From positions 16,672,087-16,736,086 of the forward strand of contig CM119266.1 in assembly GCA_051294375.1 (NCBI GenBank): a stretch of 64,000 nucleotides of DNA, in the 5' to 3' direction. Position numbers and translations under genes: made by a program. This DNA comes from Paraspadella gotoi. Taxonomy: Eukaryota > Animalia > Chaetognatha. Under the pieces are notes generated by a model, which did not search any database, had not been told where the DNA came from, and was given only the letters and a program-made list of their open reading frames with translations. Of this stretch, positions 41,782-53,370 are shown piece after piece; positions within the stretch are counted from its first letter, which is position 1; each line of letters begins with the position of its first letter.

Positions 41782-43167
41782 TTCTCGTCTCTGCTTTCCA
41801 CATCACCCGATGAACTTTCCGTTCGAGCGAGAATCTCAATCAAACTTTTCATCTCTCTGTTCTAATTCTAATTATTTTTCTTTCTTTTATATTTTTCTTT
41901 CTTTTTCTTTTTTCTAATTCGATCTCGATGTTTCTCTCCACTTTTTTTTGCGCTTAATTCCATCTTCTCGTCTTTTCCATTCACTTTTTCTTTCATCCGA
42001 TTCGGTTTATTTATTTTCTTCGTCTCTCCCCTCTTTATTCTTTTTTTCTCCCCTCGCTCGCGGTCCCGCTCCGGAATTTGCTTCTTACGATTTGTTTACC
42101 CTTTGCTCTTCCCGCCCGGTCATCCGCATTGGAAAAACTGGCCCAAATCTCTCAGGCAACCTCTTTCGTTGTCGTCCCTCTCTCTCTCATCTTGACCAGT
42201 GAAGACTCTCTGTATCTCGACCTTTTTCTCCCCCACTTCCTCTCCTCTCTCTCATTCCTCTCGTCTCTCTCTCGTCTCTCTTCTCTCTCCTCTCTCCTCT
42301 GTCTCTTTCTCGGTCTCTCTCTCTCTCGTCCTCTCTCCTTCTCGGTCCCTCTCTCGTCTTTATTCCATCGTCAACTCTCTCGCTAATTTTTTTTTGTCTT
42401 CGGTACTGCCAATCTTTCCCCCCCTACAAAGCAACATCCCCTGCATGGCTCGCTTATCTGGCCTCCACCCCTTCCCCTCACCTGCCCGTTTGTCAGGCAA
42501 CGGGCGCGATCCCCCGCCAGTTTTTATTCGCCGCCTCTGTCCAGTGATTGCTGTCACGACACTTCTTCCTCCGTCTCCCAGTTGGCCTTCTCATATAATT
42601 TGATATCAGTCGTATTGTTTACGTTAATAATTACGCGTTATTTGCTTTCGTTTACCTTTGGCGCGGCGTTCTCTTCTCCACGCATGTCTATCCCGCCGCC
42701 CACCTCCTTCCGAGAGCCCCCTCCTGCTCCTCCCCGCCCTCCCACGCCCCCACCCTTTTCGCTCTCAAGCCGATTCCCTTCTCGCGGCGAACGAGCGAAA
42801 TGCCAAGAATTTCTTTTTTTTTTTTTTGGTTTTANNNNNNNNNNNNNNNNNNNNNNNNNAAATAAAGCGTGAAATCGATTTCGACGGGAAAGGGTCTCGC
42901 CTGAATTTTCACCGTAGCTTTAAAACTTATTGGAACCGAGTTTTATTTTGAGAGACCAGAATTGGTAAAATGAATAAATTGAATAATTACTAGTTCATTG
43001 AAGTTTTCTTTTTAAAACAATTTCACCCGGTTTGAAAAAGAGGACATGAAACAGCTTTTAATGATAAAATCGGCAACAGAGATGAAACAAGCAACACGCG
43101 ACGACTAATCAGTTTCCGCCTTCAATCCAATCATCTCTCCGCACAGAAAATGGAAAAAACGCGAGAG

Positions 43168-43219
<52 letters not shown>

Positions 43220-43694
43220 AGGCATGTGGTAATAATGGATTTCAGAAGAGAACAACAAACGAAACAACAAACGAAACAACAAACGGATGATCCCGCCTGA
43301 GTTCGCCGATAGCGGTTTTCATTTCATGCGCTTCCTATGAAACAACGTTCTCTATTTTTTACTGCCAAAAACTATGGTTTTCTTACATTTTACGTAATCC
43401 TATGGTCCTCACTATGTACCGTGCGATCGTGTTGACTGTAAAAGAAGATTATCTGCATATTAAAAATGAGTAACGACCGATAATAAATTAATTAGTATTA
43501 ATCGAATGCAACCGATGTTTCTAAGATTGACCAAATGTACGCGTGGATAACGAACGACTCCCAAGCCTGAGGCCAAGGTTGATAAATCTCTGGTGTAATT
43601 TGTTTCTTCGGCCAATATATCGCGTTGAGGTGATGGATGGCGAATTCGAACGAAGATCCACCGATCGATCTCTGCGTCTCATTATTGTTTATGC

Positions 43695-43755
<61 letters not shown>

Positions 43756-45276
43756 GTTCAGTTCCGATGTTTAATAATTCTGATTTATACACTATACAGC
43801 ATTAAAAACCCAAGAGTTAAAGGTGAGGGCAAAATCGCCAACAACGACTACAACTACAACGACGACGACGACGACGACGACGACGCCTCGATGTGTTCAC
43901 CGCTCGGCCATTCACGTTAATGTGTTTCCGTCATTTTAGATAAAACAAATGAAGACGTGAAAAAAAAGTTCTGTCAGAAAATAAAAAAGGTAAGGAGCAA
44001 CGTCAACCTGTCGACTGTAGTAAAAAACAATGAAAACATATACCAAGGTTAATTTTTTATGAGATTTTTCCCCCACTTGACTTTATCTATTTATTCTGAC
44101 ATAGAGATTTATTTTTTTTAGTTAAAACCGTTTTTGTATTTCATTTTTTTTTAATTTTAAAAAGTTACGTACGCACAAAGGAAAAATTGATTATTCAACC
44201 TTTCGTTCCACTGATTCTTTCGGTTCTCTTCTATTCCTCTGCATATTCTTTTTTTTCCCCATCCTCTTATTCGCCCATCGCTTTCCTGTCCTTATTAAGC
44301 TCCTTCTGCTTAATTGATGGATTCTTTTATCACTTTTCTTATCTCTTTCTTGTCCGGTTCTCGAAACCAATGATGGAATGGCAATAATTCTTCTTTTATT
44401 CGCAGAGACTTTGGACAGGAAAGAGGGCAGGGGAGAAGAGAGGAGCGATGGAATTAATGAAGGGAAAATGTTGTAAGGTTAAAGAAGGTAGATGACGCGA
44501 GGCGATGGTTTTTAAGATTCCGCTTTCAAAAAAAAAATATTTAATTTAATGAGAGTTTTAAAATAGATTCCTATATACCAATATTTATATAATTAAAACG
44601 GGGAAAAAAAAGAGCAATGAAAGGGCAAAAAGAAAAACCAGAGAAAGAAGGTAAAGAACATAAAGAATCGAAAAGACCCCGGGTCAGCGGAGGAAAAAAA
44701 GGAGAAGGAAAGGAAGGGACGTCCTTGGAAGGAAATGGGACGGGCAGTTAGTAGCGACCCTGCGAAAGTTGAGAATCCTAACGACGAAGACGAGACTCGT
44801 GACCGAAGCGTAAAAAAAAAAGAGTGAGCGTGTGACGCGCTCGACTTGCATTTCGGGATGCCACTGATGCTTGCATCGCTAGAATCCGACGCTAATCAGT
44901 TTACTTTAAACTAGCTCGTTACGTGGAAAGCTGTGTTGTTAGTCTTTTTTTTTTAATTTCCAATATTTTAAAACCTTTAAAACCTTTAAAACCCGTGTTA
45001 CCGACTACTTACCAGAAGTCAAGTTATAAATAAAAATGGACGCGATAAAAACAGACTGAATTCATCTAATAATACTACGTAGGTAATAATAATACTTTTT
45101 TCCTCATTCCCTTGAATTATCGGATTAAGTCTCCGCCACTTGACGTCATGGTCTTAGTCTTTTTTTTTTAATTTCATTTTCCGAATCCTTTTTTTACATT
45201 CGTTTTATTCTAATCATTTAAATTTTATTTATTTATTTAGATCATCAATCGTCCCGCATTCGCCACACCGCGCCGC

Positions 45277-46027
45277 ACTATAAGAGCTTAGTAGGGTGGA
45301 TGACGGAAAATATCCACAGGCCTCGCTATCGAGCCAGAACGACTACACTATAAGAGCTTAGTAGGGTGGATGACGGAAAATATCACAGGGCCTCGCTATC
45401 GAGCCAGAACGACTACACTATAAGAGCTTAGTAGGGTGGATGACGGAAAATATCACAGGGCCTCGCTATTGAGCCAGAACGACTACACTATAAGAGCTTA
45501 GTAGGGTGGATGACGGAAAATATCACAGGGCCTCGCTATCGAGCCAGAACGACTACACTATAAGAGCTTAGTAGGGTGGATGACGGAAAATATCACAGGG
45601 CCTCGCTATCGAACCAGAACGACTACATTATAAGAGCTTAGTAGGGTGGATGACGGAAATATCACAGGGCCTCGCTATCGAGCCAGAACGACTACACTAT
45701 AAGAGCTTAGTAGGGTGGATGACGGAAAATATCACAGGGCCTCGCTATCGAGCCAGAACGACTACACTATAAGAGCTTAGTAGAGTGGATGACGGAAAAT
45801 ATCACAGGGCCTCGCTATCGAGCCAGAACGACTACACTATAAGAGCTTAGTAGGGTGGATGACGGAAAATATCACAGGCCTCGCTATCAAGCCAGAACGA
45901 CTACACTATAAGAGCTTAGTAGGGTGGATGACGGAAAATATCACAGGGCCTCGCTATCGAGCCAGAACGACTACACTATAAGAGCTTAGTAGGGTGGATG
46001 ACGGAAAATATCACAGGGCCTCGCTAT
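45277..46027 (+). repeat. 70-bp tandem array, ~10.7 nearly identical copies, flanked by 8-bp direct repeat CGCGCCGC
   Basis: Unit ACTATAAGAGCTTAGTAGGGTGGATGACGGAAAATATCACAGGGCCTCGCTATCGAGCCAGAACGACTAC. TAAGAGCTTA occurs 11 times at 69-70 bp spacing. CGCGCCGC sits at 45269-45276 and 46028-46035. Confidence 0.95.
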
Positions 46028-47167
46028 CGCGCCGCTCCCGTGTCCGCCGCCGTCAAGCGTTTCCCCCTCGCCAATGTCCCGCCATCGATATCCGCGATTC
46101 TTCCAACGTTTTATGGCTTCGCGAGCGCCGATCCTCGGGAGGTCAGGGGGCAGGTTTTTTTATTTTGAGGGCTTTTAATGGGGGAAAGGAGAGAGGGAAA
46201 GGAAGGGGGAAGGAAAGAAAAGAGAATCGAGGGGAAGGGAAGAGAAGAGAAGAAAAGAGAAGAGAGGAGAAGAAAAAAGAGGAAAAGAGAATAGGAGAAA
46301 AGAGAAGAGGTAGAGGAGAAGTTAAAAGATGATAGATAAAGGACGAAAACAGGAAAGAAAGGAAGAGGAGAGAAAAGAAAAAAAATAGGAAAAGACAAGA
46401 GAATAGAAAAGAAAAGAAGAGAAGGAATACTAAATGAAGGAAAGAAAAAAGAAGTGAATAAAAGAAAGGTGAGGGTTTTTTTGTGATATAGTCAAATTTC
46501 TCGCCGTCTTACATTATTGGATAGATTGCTCTTTCACACGTTAATGAATTTGGTCTCCTATTGCCTGTTTATTTTTCGCGCAAATCATTTTTACTTTTTG
46601 GGAAGGTTCAGAAATACGCTGATCTTATGAATTAATTTAGTAAAGTTAAAAACTTGATAAAATAAAATTTGGAGGAGCTCTAATTTTGACTATTTTCTTT
46701 GTTGCCATTCGAACTTTGAAAGTATTTGAAGAAAAATTTAGTTCATCAAAAAGTCAAGGTTGTAAAGTTAGAGATAATTTTCTCCTACGTATTAAAAAAT
46801 ATGCTTAAAATAACAAATAACTGTCTGTCTGTCTCTCTCTCTGTCTTTTTATCAATATATATATTATATATATAATCTTTCTCTCTCTCTCTCTTTCTTT
46901 TCTCTTTCTCTCTCTCTCTCATATTTTTCGCCCACTCTCAGATTCTGTCGTGGGCCATAATTCAACCATAACTGTATTTCTTTTTTGTCGCCAGAGACGC
47001 AGCGAGTGCTGACGCCAATATTTCTTCTTTTTTTTTTTCATTTCTTCTATTTTATTTCAACCATCAAAGACCTCGGAGTCTGAATTAAAGCCAGAGCGGA
47101 GGAAAGAAAGAAAGGGAAAAAGAGACAGATTCATAACGAAAGCATATTTTCAAGCTATATATTGTTC

Positions 47168-47199
<32 letters not shown>

Positions 47200-48256
47200 T
47201 AATAAGAGCATTAATCCGCCCCCTCGATCGATTAACCGGTTTAGCGATTAACCAATTCACTGTTTTTTTTTATTGCTGATTTGATTCGCTACGATTTCGT
47301 ATTTTTATTTCTGATTGATAATTAATAAAAGTAGCAAAAATTTAAGCGACCCATTAAATTAAACCTTTACACACGGCCCAAACTCTTTAGTGTGTTCTAT
47401 TCTATTCTATTCTATTCTATTCTATTCTATTCTATTTATGAAATTTAATAAAAGACAAAGTTTGTCCAGATTTTGGTTTTCGATATTTCTTTTCTCTCGG
47501 TTAATCTTACGTTACTGTAGCTCAAAATCTCGCGCGCCATTCAGCTTCCTAAGCGAGTTTGGAACGCACAGACGCCGTCTAACGGTGGGGTAGTGATGAG
47601 GAAGAAACGGCCTTAGCCGCCTTATGGGTCATCGCCGCTTCGTTGCCGCCGCCGCCGCCGCCGCCGCCGCGACGACCGTTCGTCCCTCTCCTACCCAACA
47701 GAGAAAGGCATCGCCGCTTTGTAAGTCACGGCGTCCGTCCAAGCTGCCGTCTTCGCTCGGGGCGAACTTTCTCGAGAATCTATGGTTCGGAAAAGTCGGA
47801 AGAGGTAAATGGATGGAGAGCGGAAGAGAGTGGGGGGGGGGAACTTGAAGGAGATAATGGGGATTATTGGGGAATGCTCGGATCGGTGAGAACAGATAAA
47901 GTTCGAAATTTAGGGAAATCCCGAAAGCCAATGTCAAATAAAGGAAGAGAAAGCATTAATAACATTGTGCACTTTCAGTCTGATCTAGTGGAAATTGAAT
48001 CTACAATTATTACGATAATAATAATAATTTAGAAAGAAGAATTTTTAAGTTGCGAAAGGGGGAGGGGAAAACAAGGAGTTAATCGTTCAGCCAGGGAGTT
48101 ATTTTGACCAAGTAGGCATTTTGGAGAAAGTCGAAAGGCTCTTCAACCAGATTCTCAACGCAACCATTTAGAAGCACCGCCCGACGCCTCCGCACGCGCA
48201 ACCGATCCTAAGGAGGGAGAGAGAGAGAGAGAGAGAGAGAGGACGAAGGAAGAAAG

Positions 48257-48287
<31 letters not shown>

Positions 48288-48923
48288 GGAGAGAAGAGAG
48301 AGAGACGGACGATGAAGCGACTTGACTGCACAGAAAACAGAAATGACGTGAGAAGGGTGAGAAAAAATGAGTAAGAGGATATAAGCAGAAGAGAGAGAGA
48401 GAGAGAGAGAGAGGAGAGTGAGCTTCCGAGATATCGGCGGGAGAACCTAGCCCGAGTTAGGACGCGCGGTTCGATGCTGGGGAAGGGAGTGTACGTGGGA
48501 GATCAGAGAGGATCGAGAGACGAGAAGAGACTGAGAGAGAGAGAGAGAGAGAGAGAAACCGCAGATGGAGTCAACTAATAAAGAAAGATCGTCATCAGAA
48601 TGTTCAATCAAAGTTTAGCTTCGCTTCTTCGTTGGAGGCGGGAGAAGGAAATTGGAAAAAGGCTGAAAAAAGAAAGAAAAATGGAAAAAAGAGAGAAGAA
48701 AAGAAAATAAAAAGAAATAGAATATAATAGAATATAACATTTAAGTAAGAAGACAAATAAAGAAATTAGATAAAAAATATATAAAAAAGTATAAGAGAAA
48801 AATAACAAATAAAATAATAAAAAAAACAGAGGGGCGTTAAAAAGATAGAAAGAAAGATGGAACTGAATACTCTGCCTTTCGTCGAAGCCCATTAAAAAGA
48901 TCGCATCTCTCTCTTCTCTTTCT

Positions 48924-48965
<42 letters not shown>

Positions 48966-49191
48966 TCTCTCTCTCTCTCTCTCTCTCTTCTTTTCACGCA
49001 GCATCGGCGCTTTCGTTTTTCTTTCGATTCCGATAAAAACTTATCGGTTTTCCTCTTCTCCCTTTGGTTCTCATCTTCTTCTCTCATTTCAGTCGAATCA
49101 TTCTTTTTTTTTTTTCACCCAACTCAACTATATTTTTCCGTCCATCTCCTCACTTCCCCTCATTCCAATTGGTTCTTGCTTTTCCAATTAC

Positions 49192-50570
49192 TCTCCCCTG
49201 TCTCCCCATTTTCTTCTCATTCTCCCTTCTTTCCTTCACCCTCTTCTCATTAACTGGCTAATTTTTTTTCCCCCTCTCCCCTGTCTCCCCCTTTTTCTTC
49301 TCATTCTCCCCTTCTTTTTCTTCACCCCCTTCTCATTAACTGGCTAATTTTTTCCCCCCTCTCCCCTGTCTCCCCTTTTTCTTCTCTTTCTCCCTTCTTT
49401 CCTTCACCCTCTTCTCATTAACTGGCTAATTTTTCCCCCTCTCCCCTGTCTCCCCTTTTTTCTTCTCATTCTCCCCTTCTTTTCCTTCACCCCTTCTCAT
49501 TAACTGGCTAATTTTTTCCCCCTCTCCCTGTCTCCCCATTTCTTCTCTTCTCCCCTCTTTCCTTCACCCCTTCTCATTAACTGGCTAATTTTTCCCCCCT
49601 CTCCCCTGTCTCCCCTTTTTCTTCTCTTTCTCCCCTTCTTTTCTTCACCCCTTCTCATTAACTGGCTAATTTTTTCCCCCTCTCCCCTGTCTCCCCTTTT
49701 TCTTCTCATTCTCCCCTTCTTTTCCTTCACCCCCTTCTCATTAACTGGCTAATTTTTTCCCCCTCTCCCCTGTCTCCCCTTTTCTTTCTCATTCTCCCCT
49801 TCTTTCCTTCACCCCCTTCATTAACTGGCTAATTTTTTCCCCCTCTCCCCTGTCTCCCCTTTTTCTTCTCTTTCTCCCTTTCTTTCTTCACCCCTTCTCA
49901 TTAACTGGTAATTTTTTCCCCCCTCTCCCCTGTCTCCCCTTTTTCTTTCATTCTCCCTTCTTTCCTTCACCCCTTCTCATTAACTGGCTAATTTTTTCCC
50001 CCTCTCCCCTGTCTCCCCTTTTTCTTCTCATTCTCCCCTTCTTTCCTTCACCCCCTTTCTCATTAACTGGTAATTTTTTCCCCCCTCTCCCCTGTCTCCC
50101 CTTTTTCTTCTCTTTCTCCCTTCTTTCCTTCACCCTTCTCATTAACTGGCTAATTTTTCCCCCCTCTCCCCTGTCTCCCTTTTTCTTCTCTTTCTCCCCT
50201 TCTTTCTTCACCCCTTCCTCATTAACTGGCTAATTTTTTCCCCCCTCTCCCCTGTCTCCCCTTTTTCTTCTCATTTCTCCCCTTCTTTCCTTCACCCCTT
50301 CTCATTAACTGGCTAATTTTTTCCCCCTCTCCCCTGTCTCCCTTTTTCTTCTCATTTCCCCTTCTTTTCTTCACCCCTTTCTCATTAACTGGATAATTTT
50401 TCCCCCCTCTCCCCTGTCTCCCTTTTTCTTCTCATTTCTCCCTTCTTTCTTCACCCCTTCTCATTAACTGGCTAATTTTTTCCCCCCTGCCTCCCCTGTT
50501 CCCCTTTTTTCTTCTCATTCTCCCCTTCTTTCCTTCACCCTCTTCTCATTAACTGGCTAATTTTTTTTTC
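49192..50570 (+). repeat. ~81-bp pyrimidine-rich minisatellite, ~17 copies
   Basis: Unit approximately CTCATTAACTGGCTAATTTTTTCCCCCTCTCCCCTGTCTCCCCTTTTTCTTCTCATTCTCCCCTTCTTTCCTTCACCCCTT. About 17 ATTAACTGG cores. Confidence 0.95.
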
Positions 50571-51069
50571 TCCTCCGAGACCGAAAAAAAATTGGAGAGA
50601 TAAAAGTGGATTTATAACTGAAAGCATTTCGGTTTTTTTTTTTTTACTGAGAAGGCGATGGCGTTGGCTGTTGCGATGAATGCGTAAAATGCCAAAAGGG
50701 CTCATTATGCAACATGGATCAGGCAACAATGGGTATTACAACATCAGCACAACGGATATTTTCTATTTACGTTCTTTTATTTTCTATCTAATTCCTATTT
50801 ACAACTTACCCTTTTTTTCTTTTTCTAAAAATATTGCCCACCTCGCTATCTACCCTCTTTCAAGATCCCAAGTAGACGATGTATCGAGCAAGGAGACATG
50901 GCTAAAATCCCTTTGCAGAAACATGATTGTTAAATCTAAACATTTGACGATTTGACAATGAACATCAATAACAATTGTTAAAGCATCCCGAAGTCGGTAT
51001 CGCCGTTTTAACAATGTCAGAAAGAATTTAAACTAAAAAGGTTGGCAAATTTAAAACGACGAAGATGGG

Positions 51070-51102
<33 letters not shown>

Positions 51103-51903
51103 AAGTCCGTCTCCTCTCAAAACCAATCGACGTCAGCGAAAAATGGTTCATGTTCACGATAAATTTGAAAAAAAATATATCTGTTGCTCAATTCCTTAAA
51201 ACGAAATTTTTTTTCTGACTGAATTCGAATGGTCTCTCTGTGTGTGTACTTGTATGAGTTTCAATGTGTTTGTGTGAAAGTGAGAGAGAGATAGAGATAG
51301 AGATAGAGAGAGAGACAGAGAGAGAGAGAAAGAGCGAGCTTGTTAGAGTTTGAGAGTTGAAAATAAAAATCAGGAAAAAATTTTTTATATCCAAAATGAA
51401 AATATTTTCCATCCGAATACATTTCTTGAATGGTTGAATAAGAAAACTTGACGACAATTTGGAAGGAAAAGTCGTCGAGAAATAAAGCTGAAGCCAAAAT
51501 CGAGTCTCGCCATTTTTCGTCATTTCGCCATTTTTTTTTGCCATTTCGCCATTTCTTAAGATTCGTCGACTTTGGATTTCCAAGTGAACTAAGTCTGAAG
51601 AAAAAATGGCGCCAGAACTTGTCAGTTCGCCCGACCATGAAGCCTACGAATTGCGACTTTACGTTTTGAGGATACACATTTTATGGTAGAGATGTTTGGG
51701 AGACGTTTTATAGTATGATAGCGCCCTTCTAAATTTCTTTTAAGAACTGAGAACTCACAACTTCGAAAAGGAAAACCTTGTTTTTGTGGGGAGAGTGAAT
51801 TCATTTTTCCGTCCACTAAATTCCAATATTGGCAATAAATGAGCTATGAATAATACAAACATATTGTTGTTGTTGTTGCTGGCAGGGAAAAATAGAAAAA
51901 AAA

Positions 51904-52240
51904 AACAAGAACGGTGATTTCAATGTGTTGCGCCGCAGACTTTATTTTCACGTGTATTTGTTCAATTATATGACATCACATGACTAAAAAACTTTTTTAG
52001 TCCTTATGACATGCACGACATCAAAATTCTGTCCTTTATTCCATATAGTTTTAGGATTTCCTGAAGGCGGCGCTAGCAGTCCCTTATATTTGAGGTTTTT
52101 TCCTGTCTTTACAAATGTGCAACCAACTATAGAAGAATTTTATGCATTTTTAACGTAAGTGGGACAGACCGATGGACAGACAGACAGACCGACCGAAAAG
52201 TGACTTATAGAGTTGCGAGTACTCGCGGCACAACTAATAA
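51904..52240 (-). mobile_element. Second HINE/DINE-1-like element (~335 bp)
   Basis: Minus strand 5': TTATTAGTTGTGCCGCGAGTACTCGCAACTCTATAAGTCACTTTTCGGTCGGTCTGTCTGTC. It has the same TAGT-palindrome-ACTCTATAA.TCACTTT.TCGGTC layout as 1831-1890, then a (GTCT)n microsatellite. 3' subTIR GCGGCGCAAC, ending in CTTGTT. Confidence 0.6.
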
Positions 52241-52505
52241 AAAAAAGGAGGGAGAGAGAGAAAGAGAGAGAGAGAGAAAGAGTTATTGATAATCTTCATT
52301 ATCTCTGGCTCTGTGAGTTCGTCCCCTAAAATAACAACGATAAACTTTTTGAAAGTGACCGATTAGAAGAAGATATTATTTTGGTGATTTCATCATTTTT
52401 TTTGTGAGAATGCGTTTGATGACATCGGCTTTTCTTTTCTTTCTCCACGTCCGTTTCGTTGATGCGGTGTGAACTAAGAAGCACAAGTTATAAGGCAACC
52501 CTATT

Positions 52506-52519
52506 GTCGTCATGGAAAC
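52506..52519. promoter_or_regulatory. RFX X-box-like motif GTCGTCATGGAAAC
   Basis: Matches the X-box consensus GTHNYYATRRNAAC. A half-site GGCAAC lies just upstream and a CCAAT about 25 nt downstream. Confidence 0.3.
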
Positions 52520-53345
52520 GTTTCGACCGAAGGAGATTTAGAGCCAATGCATTTTTTTTTCCTTCCTCTTTCCCTATCGTTCTCGTTCTTGCGCTCACTC
52601 GCGCTCCTTCCTTCCTCTAAATATTTATGTATCGTTTCGACAATATCACGTTCCTTCCCTATTCGTTCACGGAAAACGTGCCAAAAAAGCAGAAAATAGA
52701 AACAAGCATTCGTTTCTTAGGCAAGAAAAGAAAAAAAGTAGTTATACTTTAAAAAAAAAATATGTTTAAACAAAATTCAATCCGTCACAAAAATTTCGCA
52801 GAAAAACAGAATATAGTTTTATTGAATTTGAAGTGAAATTTTGAGAGCAAAGACAAAGGAAAAAAATTGGATTCGAGGAAGGAATAAAGATATAATGCAA
52901 ATAATTAAAAAATTGTGATAAAGAAATGCATAGGCCATATGGAGATTGAGAGCCGAGAGAAGCCAGCGGCAGAGCCAGAGAGCGAAAGGAAGATTTAAAT
53001 CCGGTTAAAAAAAGGAGAAAACTGTGCTGAGCTTGCAAACCTCTTCCAAAATCATTATTTTTTTCGGCCCGAGAGTCATTAAGAAAAGGAGATAGGTGTC
53101 GGTCGGGCGTCGGTTGGGTGTCGAAAAGGCGTCCGTGGGCCATTTTGCTGAAGAAAGAAAGATAGGAGCTAAAGAAGAAAAAGAGTGTTTGGACTGCTTT
53201 GTAGTTTGGATCAAGAATTACCTTTACAGAGGCAAATGAATAAATATAACTTTTAATCAAGAATACAGACAGTGAAATCATAAAATTCAGAATAGAGAAA
53301 GAAGACCATGGATTGAAATTAAAATAAAAACTAAATTAAATTATA

Positions 53346-53351
53346 TTTATT
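53346..53351 (-). terminator. Putative polyadenylation signal AATAAA of the ferlin gene
   Basis: AATAAA about 20 nt downstream of the stop on the minus strand. The context is AT-rich, so it may be chance. Confidence 0.35.
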
Positions 53352-53370
53352 AAATAAACATTTCAATGAC

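Larger units (their letters stand above)
30117..42628 (+). repeat. ~6.2-kb tandem duplication (30117-36206 / 36283-42628), probably an assembly artefact
   Basis: Collinear throughout, including unique sequence, the SINE and the (ATT)n tract. Differences are dominated by 1-nt indels. The junction lies next to an N-gap. Confidence 0.92.

Noticed and set aside
45277-46027. 70-bp array as a CRISPR array
   Set aside because: The whole unit repeats with no unique spacers, there are no cas genes, and the context is eukaryotic.
52766-53281. 171-aa minus-strand ORF downstream of the ferlin stop
   Set aside because: F/S/L-rich translation of AT-rich 3' flank or UTR with no recognisable motif.
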